Source of the DNA: Eubacteriales bacterium
GTDB taxonomy: Bacteria > Bacillota > Clostridia > Lachnospirales > Vallitaleaceae
Length of the DNA stretch: 62,733 nt
Direction of reading: 5' to 3'
NCBI GenBank assembly: GCA_030535295.1
Contig: JAUMXK010000001.1
Location: forward strand, 1 to 62,733
In this document: positions 51,219 to 61,891 of the stretch, piece after piece
Layout of the letters: every line of letters begins with the position of its first letter
Position numbering within the stretch: position 1 is the stretch's first letter
Notes under the pieces: generated by a model
The model's input: only the letters and a program-made list of their open reading frames with translations
The model's database searches: none
What the model was told of the DNA's origin: nothing
Position numbers and translations under genes: made by a program

Positions 51219-51722
51219 AAGAATTCCTTTCTGTGCTTTTTGTTTTTTCATTCTAACTTTTAATAATCAAAATATGCTTAACATCACAGCATTTGGATTT
51301 GTTTTTTTACTGTTAAAAATATCATAAATTAAATGAATATTAAGCGTAACATAGTTGTTTTTCTGGTTGCATTTATTCCTGCAAAAGCAATTGTACAAAG
51401 CTACATTTAACATGTACTATTTCTACAGAAACTATTATGCACACTTTATGTGTACTTAGTATACTGCAGCCATCCACAATTTTCAATTATAAACACATAA
51501 TCTGTTTATAATCGACAATTATATAAAATTATCTTCGAAATGGTATATTTCCATATTTTTATAAAGACGTTATACCTATTTTGTGGTATACTTTCCTTAT
51601 TCCTATTGTTTATAAAATCTTTTGATTTCACATTATAAAATAACCGGTATAGGGAAAAATACAGAGATTTCAATCTTGTATGCCGCCGGTACAAAATCAC
51701 AATACAATAAAAGAGGTCTGTT

Positions 51723-52415
51723 ATGCAATATCATATTTTATTCATCGAAGATGACCTAGCCGTCAGTGAAATGGTCAAACAATATTTAGAAAGGGAAAAT
51801 TATCAAGTCAGCCTTGCAGGAGATGGCCAGGAAGGTCTTTCGCTTTTTCAAAAGGGAAATTTTGACTTGGTACTACTTGATATTATGATGCCGAAATTAA
51901 ACGGTATCGAAGTTCTGAAAGCCATTCGTTCAAGTAGCATGGTCCCTGTACTGATTACCTCCGCCAAAGATAGTGATGTGGAAAAAGCTCTGGGCTTAGA
52001 GTTGGGGGCAGACGATTATATCTCCAAGCCTTTTTCTTTGCTAGAACTATCCGCCAGAATCAAAGCAAGTCTACGGAGAGCCGGCCATTCCGCCGTCACA
52101 GAAAGTCCTTCTGTGATACATTGTCACGAGCTGATACTGGATACCGCCAATTTCTGGGTTTCCAAAAATGGTCAGAACCTAAATCTTACTGCCAAAGAAT
52201 TTGAAATCTTGCAGCTCTTTCTGAAAAATCCAAAACGTGTCTTTACCAAGGAACAAATCTACAATCTGATTTGGAACGATGCCTACTATGGCGATGAAAA
52301 TGTCATCAATGTTCATATCCGCCGTTTGCGTGAAAAAGTGGAAGACAACCCTTCTGAGCCAAAATATATCAAAACCATTTGGGGAATCGGCTACAAACTG
52401 GGAATCAACGAATAA
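51723..52415 (+). CDS. OmpR-family response regulator
   Basis: IEDD, LLDIMMP, GADDYISKPF, wHTH IKTIWGIGYK. Confidence 0.95.
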   Translation: MQYHILFIEDDLAVSEMVKQYLERENYQVSLAGDGQEGLSLFQKGNFDLVLLDIMMPKLNGIEVLKAIRSSSMVPVLITSAKDSDVEKALGLELGADDYISKPFSLLELSARIKASLRRAGHSAVTESPSVIHCHELILDTANFWVSKNGQNLNLTAKEFEILQLFLKNPKRVFTKEQIYNLIWNDAYYGDENVINVHIRRLREKVEDNPSEPKYIKTIWGIGYKLGINE

Positions 52416-52425
52416 AGGAGGACTT

Positions 52426-53361
52426 ATGCCAAATCTTTTCATCACTCTCCTACTATTTATCATTATCATTTTAAGCTTGCTTCTTTTTCGACAAATATCC
52501 AACTCCAAAAGGCACCAAAAAGAACTTTGCAAAATCACACAAGACCTATCTTCCATCCTTGAAAAAAACAGCTCGGAGAAACTTATGCTTTTTACCGAAG
52601 ACAAAAGCCTGATTGCTTTGCTAGAAGAGCTCAACCAACTTCTCAACTACAACCAAAAAATCCGGGCAAATCATGCTCATATGGAATTATCCATGCGAAA
52701 AATGCTTTCCAATATTTCTCATGATTTGAAAACTCCGCTAACTGTCATTGTCGGCTATTTGGAAACGATTTCCACGGAAACTTCCCTTTCACCGGAGATT
52801 CAGGCAAAAGTACAAAAAAGCTATACCAAGGCACTGGAATTGCAAGCCCTTATTCAGGAATTTTTCAGCCTTTCCAAACTGGAATCCGGGGATGAACAAT
52901 ATCCTCTTTCCAAAATCAATCTCAACGAAATCTGCCGTCAGGCTATCTTGCAATTTTATGAATCACTGTCGGAAATGGATTGGCAAGTAGAAATCCAAAT
53001 TCCGGAAGAGGTCGTCTACAGTATTGCAAATGAAACGGCTTTAAATCGTATCCTGAATAATCTGATTTCCAATGCCCTCAAATATGGAAGTGCCGGAAAA
53101 ACATTGGGGTTATGCCTTAGAGCAGATGACTTTTTTTCCTATATTGATATCTGGGACAAGGGAAAAGGCATTGATGTCATTCATCAGGAAAAGGTATTCG
53201 AACGTTTATATACCTTAGAAGACTCTCGCAATCGTCTTTACCAAGGAAGCGGTCTGGGGCTGACCATATCTCGGCGCTTGGCCAATGTAATGCATGGTGA
53301 TATCTCCGTAGAAAGTAAGGCTTTTGAGAAGACCACATTTACCGTGAAACTAAAAAAATAA
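52426..53361 (+). CDS. Intramembrane-sensing histidine kinase (single TM)
   Basis: NISHDLKTPLT, NLISNALKYG, DKGKG, GSGLGL; start moved to MPNLF behind AAGGAGG. Confidence 0.93.
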   Translation: MPNLFITLLLFIIIILSLLLFRQISNSKRHQKELCKITQDLSSILEKNSSEKLMLFTEDKSLIALLEELNQLLNYNQKIRANHAHMELSMRKMLSNISHDLKTPLTVIVGYLETISTETSLSPEIQAKVQKSYTKALELQALIQEFFSLSKLESGDEQYPLSKINLNEICRQAILQFYESLSEMDWQVEIQIPEEVVYSIANETALNRILNNLISNALKYGSAGKTLGLCLRADDFFSYIDIWDKGKGIDVIHQEKVFERLYTLEDSRNRLYQGSGLGLTISRRLANVMHGDISVESKAFEKTTFTVKLKK

Positions 53362-53438
53362 AATATTTCTCTCGACAAGAGTGTAGGAAAGTCCGCCAAA
53401 AAGTAAGTTCACCGTTATTTTTTAGCGGACTTTATAAC

Positions 53439-53466
53439 GTAAGATTTTTGTAAGAATTGAGTAAGA
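53439..53466 (+). promoter_or_regulatory. Tandem response-regulator binding sites upstream of the ABC operon
   Basis: GTAAGA three times at exact 11-bp spacing (53439, 53450, 53461). Confidence 0.65.
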
Positions 53467-53550
53467 AAAATGATAAGTTCTTGTTTTATGATAAAGATAA
53501 ATCAAACGAGCACAATCGAAACAATAAAACAAGATTAAAGGAGGTTTTTT

Positions 53551-54465
53551 GTGAACTATATTCTAACCGCTCAAAATGTTACAAAGCAATTCAAAAATAC
53601 AGTTGCTGTCAATCGTGTCAATTTGCGTATTAAAAAAGGGGAAATCTATGGCCTGCTCGGCCCGAATGGCTCCGGTAAAACTACTTTGATGAAAATGATG
53701 ATGAATCTCTTAAAGCCAACCCAAGGCAGCATAAATATCTTCGGTGAGCCACTTCATCCTACTTCTTACGAGCCTTTAAAGAGAATCGGTGCAATTATTG
53801 AATATCCTATCTTTTATGATAAGCTCTCTGCCATGGAAAACTTGGAGCTGCATTGTCAGTATATGGGGTACCATAACAAAAATGATATCCGCGAAGCCTT
53901 GGAAATGGTTAATCTCAAAAATATAGAAAATAAAAAAGTAAAAGAATTTTCCCTCGGTATGAAGCAGCGCCTTGCCATTGCCAGAGCCATAATCACCAAG
54001 CCCGAGCTGCTTATTTTGGATGAGCCGATTAACGGTCTCGACCCGTTGGGAATTATTGAAATCCGTGATTTGTTGAAAAAGCTCAACCAAGAATATGGTA
54101 TTACGATTCTGATTTCCAGTCATATCCTCAGTGAAATCGAGCATGTTGCCGATACCATCGGTATTTTAAAGCAAGGTCAGCTCTTGGAAGAAACTTCCAT
54201 TGAAGACTTAAGAAAAAATAATAATGAATACTTTGAAATTGTTACCCCACAAATTGAAAAACTGGCTTATCTTTTGACAGAAAAAATGAATATTCACAAC
54301 TTCAAAACTTTAAATGCCGGTACCATTCGGATTTATGAAACTCCAATTAACCAAGGGGAGTTATTTACTCATTGCATGAACGAAAATATCTATTTGGAAA
54401 GTTTCAGCAGAAAAGCCGGTACTTTGGAAGAGTATTTCTTATCCTTAGTTCAAGGCAGCTATTAA
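53551..54465 (+). CDS. ABC ATP-binding protein (BcrA/LanF-like)
   Basis: GPNGSGKTT, FSLGMKQRL, LDEPINGLDP; GTG start behind AAGGAGG. Confidence 0.93.
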   Translation: MNYILTAQNVTKQFKNTVAVNRVNLRIKKGEIYGLLGPNGSGKTTLMKMMMNLLKPTQGSINIFGEPLHPTSYEPLKRIGAIIEYPIFYDKLSAMENLELHCQYMGYHNKNDIREALEMVNLKNIENKKVKEFSLGMKQRLAIARAIITKPELLILDEPINGLDPLGIIEIRDLLKKLNQEYGITILISSHILSEIEHVADTIGILKQGQLLEETSIEDLRKNNNEYFEIVTPQIEKLAYLLTEKMNIHNFKTLNAGTIRIYETPINQGELFTHCMNENIYLESFSRKAGTLEEYFLSLVQGSY

Positions 54466-54570
54466 AAAAGGCTGCCGGTAACAATACGGAGTTGTCTTTC
54501 TGACAGGTTTTAAGTCCAATCCTTTTTATCAAACAAAATTAATCACACCACATATATTAGGAGGTTTCTT

Positions 54571-55254
54571 ATGTTACATTTAATGAAATTAGAATTTAAA
54601 AAATGGAAGGTTTCCAGTTTGATCATCTCTATCTTTATTACCCTTGTTATCACTATTTTACTTGTATTACCGCCACTTTATTTCGATACTGCAAGTGCTC
54701 CGAAAGATGCCATAAACTTATTGCAAGCGGTCGATTCCATTATCCGTGTCAGCTTCATCATCTTTTCCGGTGTCATTTTAGCCAGATACGTAACCGATGA
54801 ATACGCTGACCGTACCATGCAATTGATGTTTACCTATCCCATCAGTCGCAAAAAAATATTGATTTCCAAACTTATTTTGGTTATCGGTATCACCTTTATC
54901 TCTATATTGGCTACCAGAGTCATTATGTATAGCCTTATTTCCGGCATTGATTCGGTATCTCCTTTTCTTGCGGTTCGAATGACCGACGGCCTGACCGGTA
55001 CATACCTTACTTATAGTACGGTCTATGACTTGGCTGCCAGTGCTCTTTGCCTGATTGCCCTCTACTTCGGAATGTGGAAAAAGTCTTCCAAAGTCACTAT
55101 TATCACAGCAATTTTAACTGCCATTTTAATCAGCGGTAATTTCGGGGATATATCCCTTGGCGGTTCCTTCACTGCACCACTTTTTTTCAGCCTAGTCGGA
55201 GTGACCTTTGCAGCCTTTACCATTCACAATATTGAAACCAAAGATTTTATATAA
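54571..55254 (+). CDS. ABC-2 permease (BcrB/LanE-like)
   Basis: LMKLEFKK, EY...TMQLMFTYPISRKKILISK, about 6 TMs. Confidence 0.87.
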   Translation: MLHLMKLEFKKWKVSSLIISIFITLVITILLVLPPLYFDTASAPKDAINLLQAVDSIIRVSFIIFSGVILARYVTDEYADRTMQLMFTYPISRKKILISKLILVIGITFISILATRVIMYSLISGIDSVSPFLAVRMTDGLTGTYLTYSTVYDLAASALCLIALYFGMWKKSSKVTIITAILTAILISGNFGDISLGGSFTAPLFFSLVGVTFAAFTIHNIETKDFI

Positions 55255-55665
55255 AATGTTTCTTAACGATTTGTCTTATGGAAACATATAATTTTCTCCC
55301 CGGGCAAATCATTTTAATACTTTGCTTTCGTTGCCTATATTGAAGTCAAGGTTTCATATAGGCAAACTCAACAGATTATTTTAATCGCCTGCTTATGATT
55401 GTCTCTATGCAAATACCTTTGCAATTCAGCCAAACTATAGCAGGCGATTTTTATGATATGCTTGATTTACAAAAAGTTTTTTTCTCTTGCCAAATCATTT
55501 TAATGACAGCACCTGAAAAGCGAATTCCGTCCAAAAAATGTTTATATTTTTCGTTTGCATTCACCAAATTTGTGATATACTAAGGATATGTTTTTATTTT
55601 TGTTTTATGAAAAGGGAATTATTCCGACACTTTCTCATAAAACACAATTTGCAAAGGAGAAACCC

Positions 55666-57435
55666 ATGGCACTAGACGGAATCGTACTAAAATATATGGT
55701 ACAGGAATTGAAAGACTGCTTAATCGGAAGTCAAATCTTAAAGATAAATCAACCGGAAAAAGAAGAGCTTAGCCTCATTCTACGCCAAAACCGCCAGCAA
55801 TATCGCCTGCTCTTAAGTGCAGATGCCGGTATGCCAAGACTATATTTGACAGAGGAAGTCAAAGAAAATCCGACCACTCCCTCTGCTTATGTGATGCTGC
55901 TCCGTAAGTATTTACAAAACGGAAAGATTGTCGATATCTCTCAGCCGGGGACGGAAAGAATCATTAATTTTCATGTCAGCCACTACAATGAAATGGGTGA
56001 CCTGTCCGAAAAACGCCTAGTCATTGAAATCATGGGCAGGCACAGCAATATAATTCTAATTGATGAAAACGATAAGATACTGGAAAGCATCAAGCGCATC
56101 GGTGCCAACATCAGCTCGGTGCGGGAAGTCTATCCCGGAAAAACCTATGTGCTGCCTCCGGCTCAGGATAAAGTAAGTCCTCCGGAAGTAAAAAGTTTTG
56201 AAGAATATCGCCAAATCCTCTCGCTGGCAGGCGGAAACAGTTTACTGGATAAAATCATGAAAAGCTTTACCGGCATCAGTCCGTTGCTTGCCGATTGGCT
56301 CTGTCAATCTGCCGGTTTTGACGGCAGCCTTTTGTTTGAAACTTTAAACGAAAGCGATGTTCAAAGGCTTTATCATTCCTTTGAAAAACTGAAAACGGAG
56401 GTAGAGACAAACAGTGGCAAAGCCTATGTTATTTTAAATAAGGACAATCAATATCAGGATTTCCATACCTGCCTTTGCCTGCGTCCGCAAGGAAACTTCA
56501 AGGAATTTAATACTCTTTCGGAATTGCTGGATAGCTTTTATGTGACAAAATCCAAGCAAAGCCGCATGCACCAGCGCAGTGCCGACCTTCGCAAACTCTT
56601 GCAAAATCTGCTGGAGCGTTGTGCCAAGAAATTGGATCTACAGGAGCAACAACTGAAAGACACCAAAAATATGGAGAAATTTCAATTAAAGGGCGAGCTT
56701 TTAATGGCTTACCAATATCAATTGCCGGAAAAAGCCGAGAAAGTCAAGGTCTTTAATTATTACAGCAATGAAGAACAAGAACTCCATCTTGATCCGACCA
56801 AAACCATCCAGGAAAATGCAAAACTTTGCTTTGAAAAATACAATAAGAAAAAAAGAACGCAAATTGCAGTCACTGAGCAATTGGAAAAGACCAAGCAGGA
56901 ATTGGCACACTTGCAATCCATCAGCTATAATGTTGAAAGTGCAGAAAGCTTTGAAGATTTCCAAATCATTCGCAAAGAATTGCAAGATTCCGGCTATATT
57001 AAAAAGTCGGCCGTAAAAGCGACTCCGGGAAAAAAACCTCCGAAAAAGATGAAAATTACCGCCCTCCCCCCTTATCACTATGTTTCTGAGGAAGGCTTTC
57101 ACTTCTATGTCGGAAGAAACAATGAGCAAAACGAAGAGCTCGCCTTACGCTTTGCCAACAACAATGACTGGTGGTTTCATGTCAAGGGCATTCCCGGTTC
57201 CCATGTCATTGTCAAGCTGACCGGCACGGAGCTTTCGGATAAAGGCTTTGAACAAGCGGCTGCACTGGCTGCTTATTATAGTAAGGGTCGTGAGCAAAAA
57301 AAGGTGGAAGTAGACTACACCAAAGTCAAGGAATTAAATAAGCCAAACGGCTCTCCGCTTGGCTATGTGATTTATCATCAAAATTATTCCATGGTCATTC
57401 ATCCAAGTATCGAAGGCTTAACCAGAGTGGAATAA
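55666..57435 (+). CDS. rqcH: RqcH/FbpA (NFACT) ribosome quality control protein
   Basis: MALDG, EIMGRHSNIIL, VGRNNEQNE, WFHVKGIPGSHV, AAYYSK, VDYT. Confidence 0.93.
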   Translation: MALDGIVLKYMVQELKDCLIGSQILKINQPEKEELSLILRQNRQQYRLLLSADAGMPRLYLTEEVKENPTTPSAYVMLLRKYLQNGKIVDISQPGTERIINFHVSHYNEMGDLSEKRLVIEIMGRHSNIILIDENDKILESIKRIGANISSVREVYPGKTYVLPPAQDKVSPPEVKSFEEYRQILSLAGGNSLLDKIMKSFTGISPLLADWLCQSAGFDGSLLFETLNESDVQRLYHSFEKLKTEVETNSGKAYVILNKDNQYQDFHTCLCLRPQGNFKEFNTLSELLDSFYVTKSKQSRMHQRSADLRKLLQNLLERCAKKLDLQEQQLKDTKNMEKFQLKGELLMAYQYQLPEKAEKVKVFNYYSNEEQELHLDPTKTIQENAKLCFEKYNKKKRTQIAVTEQLEKTKQELAHLQSISYNVESAESFEDFQIIRKELQDSGYIKKSAVKATPGKKPPKKMKITALPPYHYVSEEGFHFYVGRNNEQNEELALRFANNNDWWFHVKGIPGSHVIVKLTGTELSDKGFEQAAALAAYYSKGREQKKVEVDYTKVKELNKPNGSPLGYVIYHQNYSMVIHPSIEGLTRVE

Positions 57436-57437
57436 AA

Positions 57438-59090
57438 TTACATCCCCAGCATTTCTCTGGCTGTATCTTCCACCGATTTGCTGATATTTTTTCCGCCCAG
57501 CAATCTGGCAATTTCCTTGACTTTGGCTTCACTGTCCAGCTCAAAGATATGAGTCCGAGTGTTTTCGCCTTCTTCGACCTTATCAATCAAATAATGGGCA
57601 TCTCCAAGCACTGCAATTTGCGGCAAATGCGTAATGGCAAAAATTTGCTTATTTTTAGCCAAAAGACTCATTTGTTCTCCCACCAAACCTGCCGTCACAC
57701 CGCTGATACCACTATCTATTTCATCAAAAATCAAGCTGGGAATATCATCCACCGCCGAAAAAATACCTTTCAGCGCCAGCATAATTCGAGAAAGCTCACC
57801 ACCGGAAGCAATTTCCACCAAAGGTTTGAGCTTTTCTCCTTTGTTGGTTTGAATGTAAAATTCGACCTCATCCTGCCCATCTGCATAAATATGCTCTTTC
57901 AAATTAAAACGCACTTCAAATTGACTATGGTTAAAATTCAGCTGTAAAAGACGTTTGGTCATCTCCTCTTCCAGCTGCTGTCCGGCTTTTTTTCTTATCG
58001 CAGTCAAGTCTTTGGCAACAGCCTGCATTTTTTTCTCGACATCTTTTTTTTCCTCTGTCATCCTTTGTCGATTCTTTGCCATTTCCTCCAAAAAAACCAG
58101 TCTTTGCTTTTTATCGGTCAATGCCGTTTCTATCTCTTCCATGCTATTACCATACTTGGATTTAAGCGATAAAATGGTATCCATTCTCTCTTCCGCTTCA
58201 TAAAGCCTTTCTTCATAACCATCCATACCATCCAGATAGCGGTCTGCCTCTTTGGCTACATCATGCAATATATCTTCTACACTTAACAGTTGCTCCCAAA
58301 TAGAATTCAGTTTATCATCATAATCCTTTATTTTTTGCATACCATGCGTTGCCCTCGCTACTTGGCTGCGGCTGCCATAGTCGCCACTGACAACTTCTTC
58401 TACCATTTGCAGACTTTCCTTGATTTGTCTGCTGTTTTGCAACACTTCCAGTTCCTGCTCTAAAAGCTTATCTTCTCCTACCTTTAATGCCGCTTCTTCT
58501 ATTTCGTCAATTTCAAACTGTAGGAAATCAATTTCTCTAAGTCTTGCAGATTCTTCCATTCCAACTTCTGAAAGTTCTTTTTCAATCTTCTTTTTTTGAC
58601 CGTCTAAAGTTTTCAGTTTTTCCAAATAAGGAGCAATCTCCTTGCCAAAATAGCGGTCAACCATCAAAATATGATTCTTCACCTGCAACAAGGATTGGTG
58701 TTCCCTTTGCGAGTGTATATCAAACAATTGACTGCGCAGCTCCAAAATAGCGGCCTTGGTCACCATTTCTCCATTGCAACGAAAAATGGAGCGACCGCCG
58801 CTCATCTTTCGGCTGATTATCAGCTCATTTGTCTCCTCAATGCCCAAATTTGCCAGGCATTCGAAAAAGGAAGAATCCTTTCCGAGAAGGGCAAAAGTTC
58901 CCTCAATGAAAGAATCTTCCTCTTTTCTTAAGCTTTTATTGACATCTCCACCTAATAAGGCATCAATGGAGCCGATAATCATAGATTTACCGGCTCCCGT
59001 TTCACCGGTTAAAATATTCAAACCCTTGCGAAATGTAATTTTTATTTCATCAATCAGTCCAATATTTTGAATGTGTAAGTCCTTAAGCAT
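57438..59090 (-). CDS. recN: DNA repair protein RecN
   Basis: TGETGAGKS, ASGGELSRIMLALK, FDEIDSGISG, ITHLPQIA. Confidence 0.96.
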   Translation of the reverse strand: MLKDLHIQNIGLIDEIKITFRKGLNILTGETGAGKSMIIGSIDALLGGDVNKSLRKEEDSFIEGTFALLGKDSSFFECLANLGIEETNELIISRKMSGGRSIFRCNGEMVTKAAILELRSQLFDIHSQREHQSLLQVKNHILMVDRYFGKEIAPYLEKLKTLDGQKKKIEKELSEVGMEESARLREIDFLQFEIDEIEEAALKVGEDKLLEQELEVLQNSRQIKESLQMVEEVVSGDYGSRSQVARATHGMQKIKDYDDKLNSIWEQLLSVEDILHDVAKEADRYLDGMDGYEERLYEAEERMDTILSLKSKYGNSMEEIETALTDKKQRLVFLEEMAKNRQRMTEEKKDVEKKMQAVAKDLTAIRKKAGQQLEEEMTKRLLQLNFNHSQFEVRFNLKEHIYADGQDEVEFYIQTNKGEKLKPLVEIASGGELSRIMLALKGIFSAVDDIPSLIFDEIDSGISGVTAGLVGEQMSLLAKNKQIFAITHLPQIAVLGDAHYLIDKVEEGENTRTHIFELDSEAKVKEIARLLGGKNISKSVEDTAREMLGM

Positions 59091-59102
59091 GATTTTTCCG
59101 TC

Positions 59103-59555
59103 CTATATCAAATTCTTAATATCCCTCAATACATCCTCTGCCGCCTGCGGAGAACGTGTCGCACAAAAAATGGTATCATCGCCTGCAATGCTTCCTACAA
59201 TATGGCGAAAGCCCAGTGCATCAATGGCTGCCGCTACTGCCATCGCCATTCCGCTTAATGTACGAATTACAACCAGTTGACCGGCAACTTCTCCATTCTT
59301 AAAGCCATGTTTTAAGACATTACGATATTTATCATTGCTGGTCTCCGGTGTAATTTCCATTTGCGGCAAGCTATATCGCACTCGTCCGGAGCCATCTGCC
59401 GATTTGATTAATTGTAATTCTCTAATATCTCTGGATATGGTTGCCTGTGTTACTCGAAAACCTTCTTTTTTCAAGATTTGCACAATCTCATCCTGTGTTT
59501 CCACTTCGTCATTTTTGATAATTTCCAATAATCTGGATTGCCTTTGAAATTTCAT
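59103..59555 (-). CDS. argR: Arginine repressor
   Basis: TQATISRDI, GSIAGDDTI. Confidence 0.96.
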   Translation of the reverse strand: MKFQRQSRLLEIIKNDEVETQDEIVQILKKEGFRVTQATISRDIRELQLIKSADGSGRVRYSLPQMEITPETSNDKYRNVLKHGFKNGEVAGQLVVIRTLSGMAMAVAAAIDALGFRHIVGSIAGDDTIFCATRSPQAAEDVLRDIKNLI

Positions 59556-59569
59556 TGTTTTCACCTCCA

Positions 59570-60388
59570 TTAAAGCTTTTCATTTAAGATGGAGAAAAAG
59601 TTTGTATCTTCTTGGCGAATCAAATTGGTTGTTTGTCCGGATTTTATGATTTCCACACTCGTTCCCTTTTGCAAAGGAATCATATCATGTCCATCCAAGG
59701 TGATGAAAAAATCATCCAATCCGTTTAATCGGTCAAATTCCAGTTCAATTTTATCTTCTGCGGATAAGACCAGTGGTCTTGCAGACAAAGAGTGCGGGCA
59801 AATCGGAGTAACTGCCATATTTTCGCAATGCGGCAAGATAATCGGACCACCTGCTGACAAATTGTATGCTGTTGAGCCGGTCGGAGTCGCTACAATCACA
59901 CCATCCGCCCGGTAATAACCTGCCATATTCCCGTTGATTTTCAGAGAATAGGCCAACATTCTGGAAATGTCATGTCTTTTTAAAACCACTTCATTTAGGG
60001 CAGAGCCCAAATACTTTCTTTCACCCTTATACAAACTGTATGCACTTAGCATCATTCGTTTTTCTATTACAAATTTTCCACTGAAAATTTCTGTCAAAAC
60101 GGAAAACGCATTGCTCTCTTCCGTTGGTGCCAGAAATCCCAAGTGCCCCAAATTGATACCAAGCACCGGTACCTCTACTTTGGATACCTCTTTTGCTACA
60201 TTAATAATTGTTCCATCTCCACCTAATGTTATAACGATATCCTGTTCCTTTAAATCCTCTTCTCTCACTTGATGAACACAGGTAACATTCCGGTCTTGTT
60301 CTTCCAACCATTTTTTTAGAATCTTTGTAAATCTCTCTTTTATGTCCTTCTGCAAATTGGTAACAATCAAAACATTCTTATAAATCAT
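59570..60388 (-). CDS. nadK: NAD(+) kinase
   Basis: LGGDGT, GINLGHLGFL, DGVIVATPTGSTAYNLSAGGP. Confidence 0.96.
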   Translation of the reverse strand: MIYKNVLIVTNLQKDIKERFTKILKKWLEEQDRNVTCVHQVREEDLKEQDIVITLGGDGTIINVAKEVSKVEVPVLGINLGHLGFLAPTEESNAFSVLTEIFSGKFVIEKRMMLSAYSLYKGERKYLGSALNEVVLKRHDISRMLAYSLKINGNMAGYYRADGVIVATPTGSTAYNLSAGGPIILPHCENMAVTPICPHSLSARPLVLSAEDKIELEFDRLNGLDDFFITLDGHDMIPLQKGTSVEIIKSGQTTNLIRQEDTNFFSILNEKL

Positions 60389-61251
60389 CCTTCTACCATC
60401 TCATGAGATTTTTCTACCACATCTCGAATTCTGTCCAACCAGTTTATGTCCCCATTTCCCATATCATCAACATCTACTCTCTCCCTTTTTTCCGACTCAC
60501 CCTCCTTTTTTGAATCAATCACATTTTTTAAATACAACAAATATTCAATATTTCCGGCCGGTCCCTTAATTGGTGAAAACTCTAATCCCTTTACTTCAAA
60601 CTGTCTGTCGCACATATATTGAATAATTGTTTCGATGACCTCTGTATGCACCTTTTTATCTTTTACGACTCCGTTTTTGCCGACTTTTTCTTTTCCGGCT
60701 TCAAACTGCGGCTTAATCAAGCATACCAATTCTGCCTCATCCTTCAAACGTCCACGCACCGCTTCTATAATCTTAGTCAATGAAATAAAAGATACATCAA
60801 TACTTGCAAAATCAGCCTTTTCCGGTACCTGCTCCTCTGTCAGGTATCGCACATTGGTTTTTTCCAGTACAATCACTCTCTCATCTTGACGGAGTTTCCA
60901 TGCCAATTGACCATAGCCGACATCAATACTGTAAACCTTACTTGCTCCGTGCTGCAACATACAATCGGTAAATCCGCCGGTGGAGGCTCCAACATCCAGG
61001 CAAACCTTGCCTGTTAAATCAATTTGAAAACCTGCCATCGCTTTAAGCAGCTTATAGCCTCCACGGCTGACAAAGCGCTCTTGTTCTCCTTTTATTCGGA
61101 TTTCCTGATTCGGAAACACCATCAGTCCGGCTTTTTCTTCTCTTTCATTATCTACTAAAACTTTCCCTGACATTATGAGGGCTTTGGCTTTTTCACGGGA
61201 GGCCGCCAGACCAAGGCTCACCAGTAACACATCCAATCGCTCTTTCTTCAT
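60385..61251 (-). CDS. tlyA: TlyA family rRNA 2'-O-methyltransferase
   Basis: RLDVLL (S4), VSRGGYKL, DVGASTGGFTD, DVSFISL, LIKPQFE; start moved to MKKERL. Confidence 0.95.
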   Translation of the reverse strand: MKKERLDVLLVSLGLAASREKAKALIMSGKVLVDNEREEKAGLMVFPNQEIRIKGEQERFVSRGGYKLLKAMAGFQIDLTGKVCLDVGASTGGFTDCMLQHGASKVYSIDVGYGQLAWKLRQDERVIVLEKTNVRYLTEEQVPEKADFASIDVSFISLTKIIEAVRGRLKDEAELVCLIKPQFEAGKEKVGKNGVVKDKKVHTEVIETIIQYMCDRQFEVKGLEFSPIKGPAGNIEYLLYLKNVIDSKKEGESEKRERVDVDDMGNGDINWLDRIRDVVEKSHEMVEG

Positions 61252-61252
61252 A

Positions 61253-61816
61253 TTAACTCCTCTGGAAAAAATGTAAAAATCTGCCAATTTGAAAAACAAT
61301 GAAATTGGCATTGCGCATTGCAATCTCCTTTGCAACCGCCTTTCCACCCACGGTAACCGCCGCAATCAGCCCGGATAAAAGAATCTCGGAGGCACTGAGC
61401 CAAAAACGATCTTCAATTGCCAACTTTAAAATAATTGCCGCTGCTGCACTTCCTGAAATAATTCCCGCAATATCACCGACCACATCATTGCAAAAGTTGG
61501 CAACACTTCCGGCATTGCGAATGATTTGTATGCTCTCCTTAGAACCTTTTACATTGGAGGCTGCCATCGAATGAAACGGTGTTTCAATTGCTGCGGTTAC
61601 GGCAATTCCCAATAAGTCAAAAAAGATACCCAAAGAAACAATAAAAAATAAAATCAAAAGTGCGACCGTTACCGACACCTTAGCCATAAAAACTACGGAA
61701 AAGTATGCCATGGCTATGGCTATACCAAAAGTAGCCACGGTGATAAATCCAATCCACTTATAGTTTACTTTTCTTTTTACTTTATTTCTAAATTTAACTC
61801 GATTTTTCTTTCCCAA
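61253..61816 (-). CDS. oapA: OLE-associated membrane protein OapA
   Basis: Four TMs, FHSMAA, NFCNDVVGDIAGIISG (DxxGD motif), TVGGKA; directly downstream of OLE RNA. Confidence 0.88.
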   Translation of the reverse strand: MGKKNRVKFRNKVKRKVNYKWIGFITVATFGIAIAMAYFSVVFMAKVSVTVALLILFFIVSLGIFFDLLGIAVTAAIETPFHSMAASNVKGSKESIQIIRNAGSVANFCNDVVGDIAGIISGSAAAAIILKLAIEDRFWLSASEILLSGLIAAVTVGGKAVAKEIAMRNANFIVFQIGRFLHFFQRS

Positions 61817-61891
61817 AATAATTCCTTACCCATCAAATCACAGAGCAAACCATATTCTCTGTTCGAATTCTGTATGATTTCATTTTTAGTA

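Noticed and set aside
51252-51722. AT-rich 470-bp intergenic region and the 64-aa ORF 51506-51700
   Set aside because: No RBS, recognisable motif or convincing structure.
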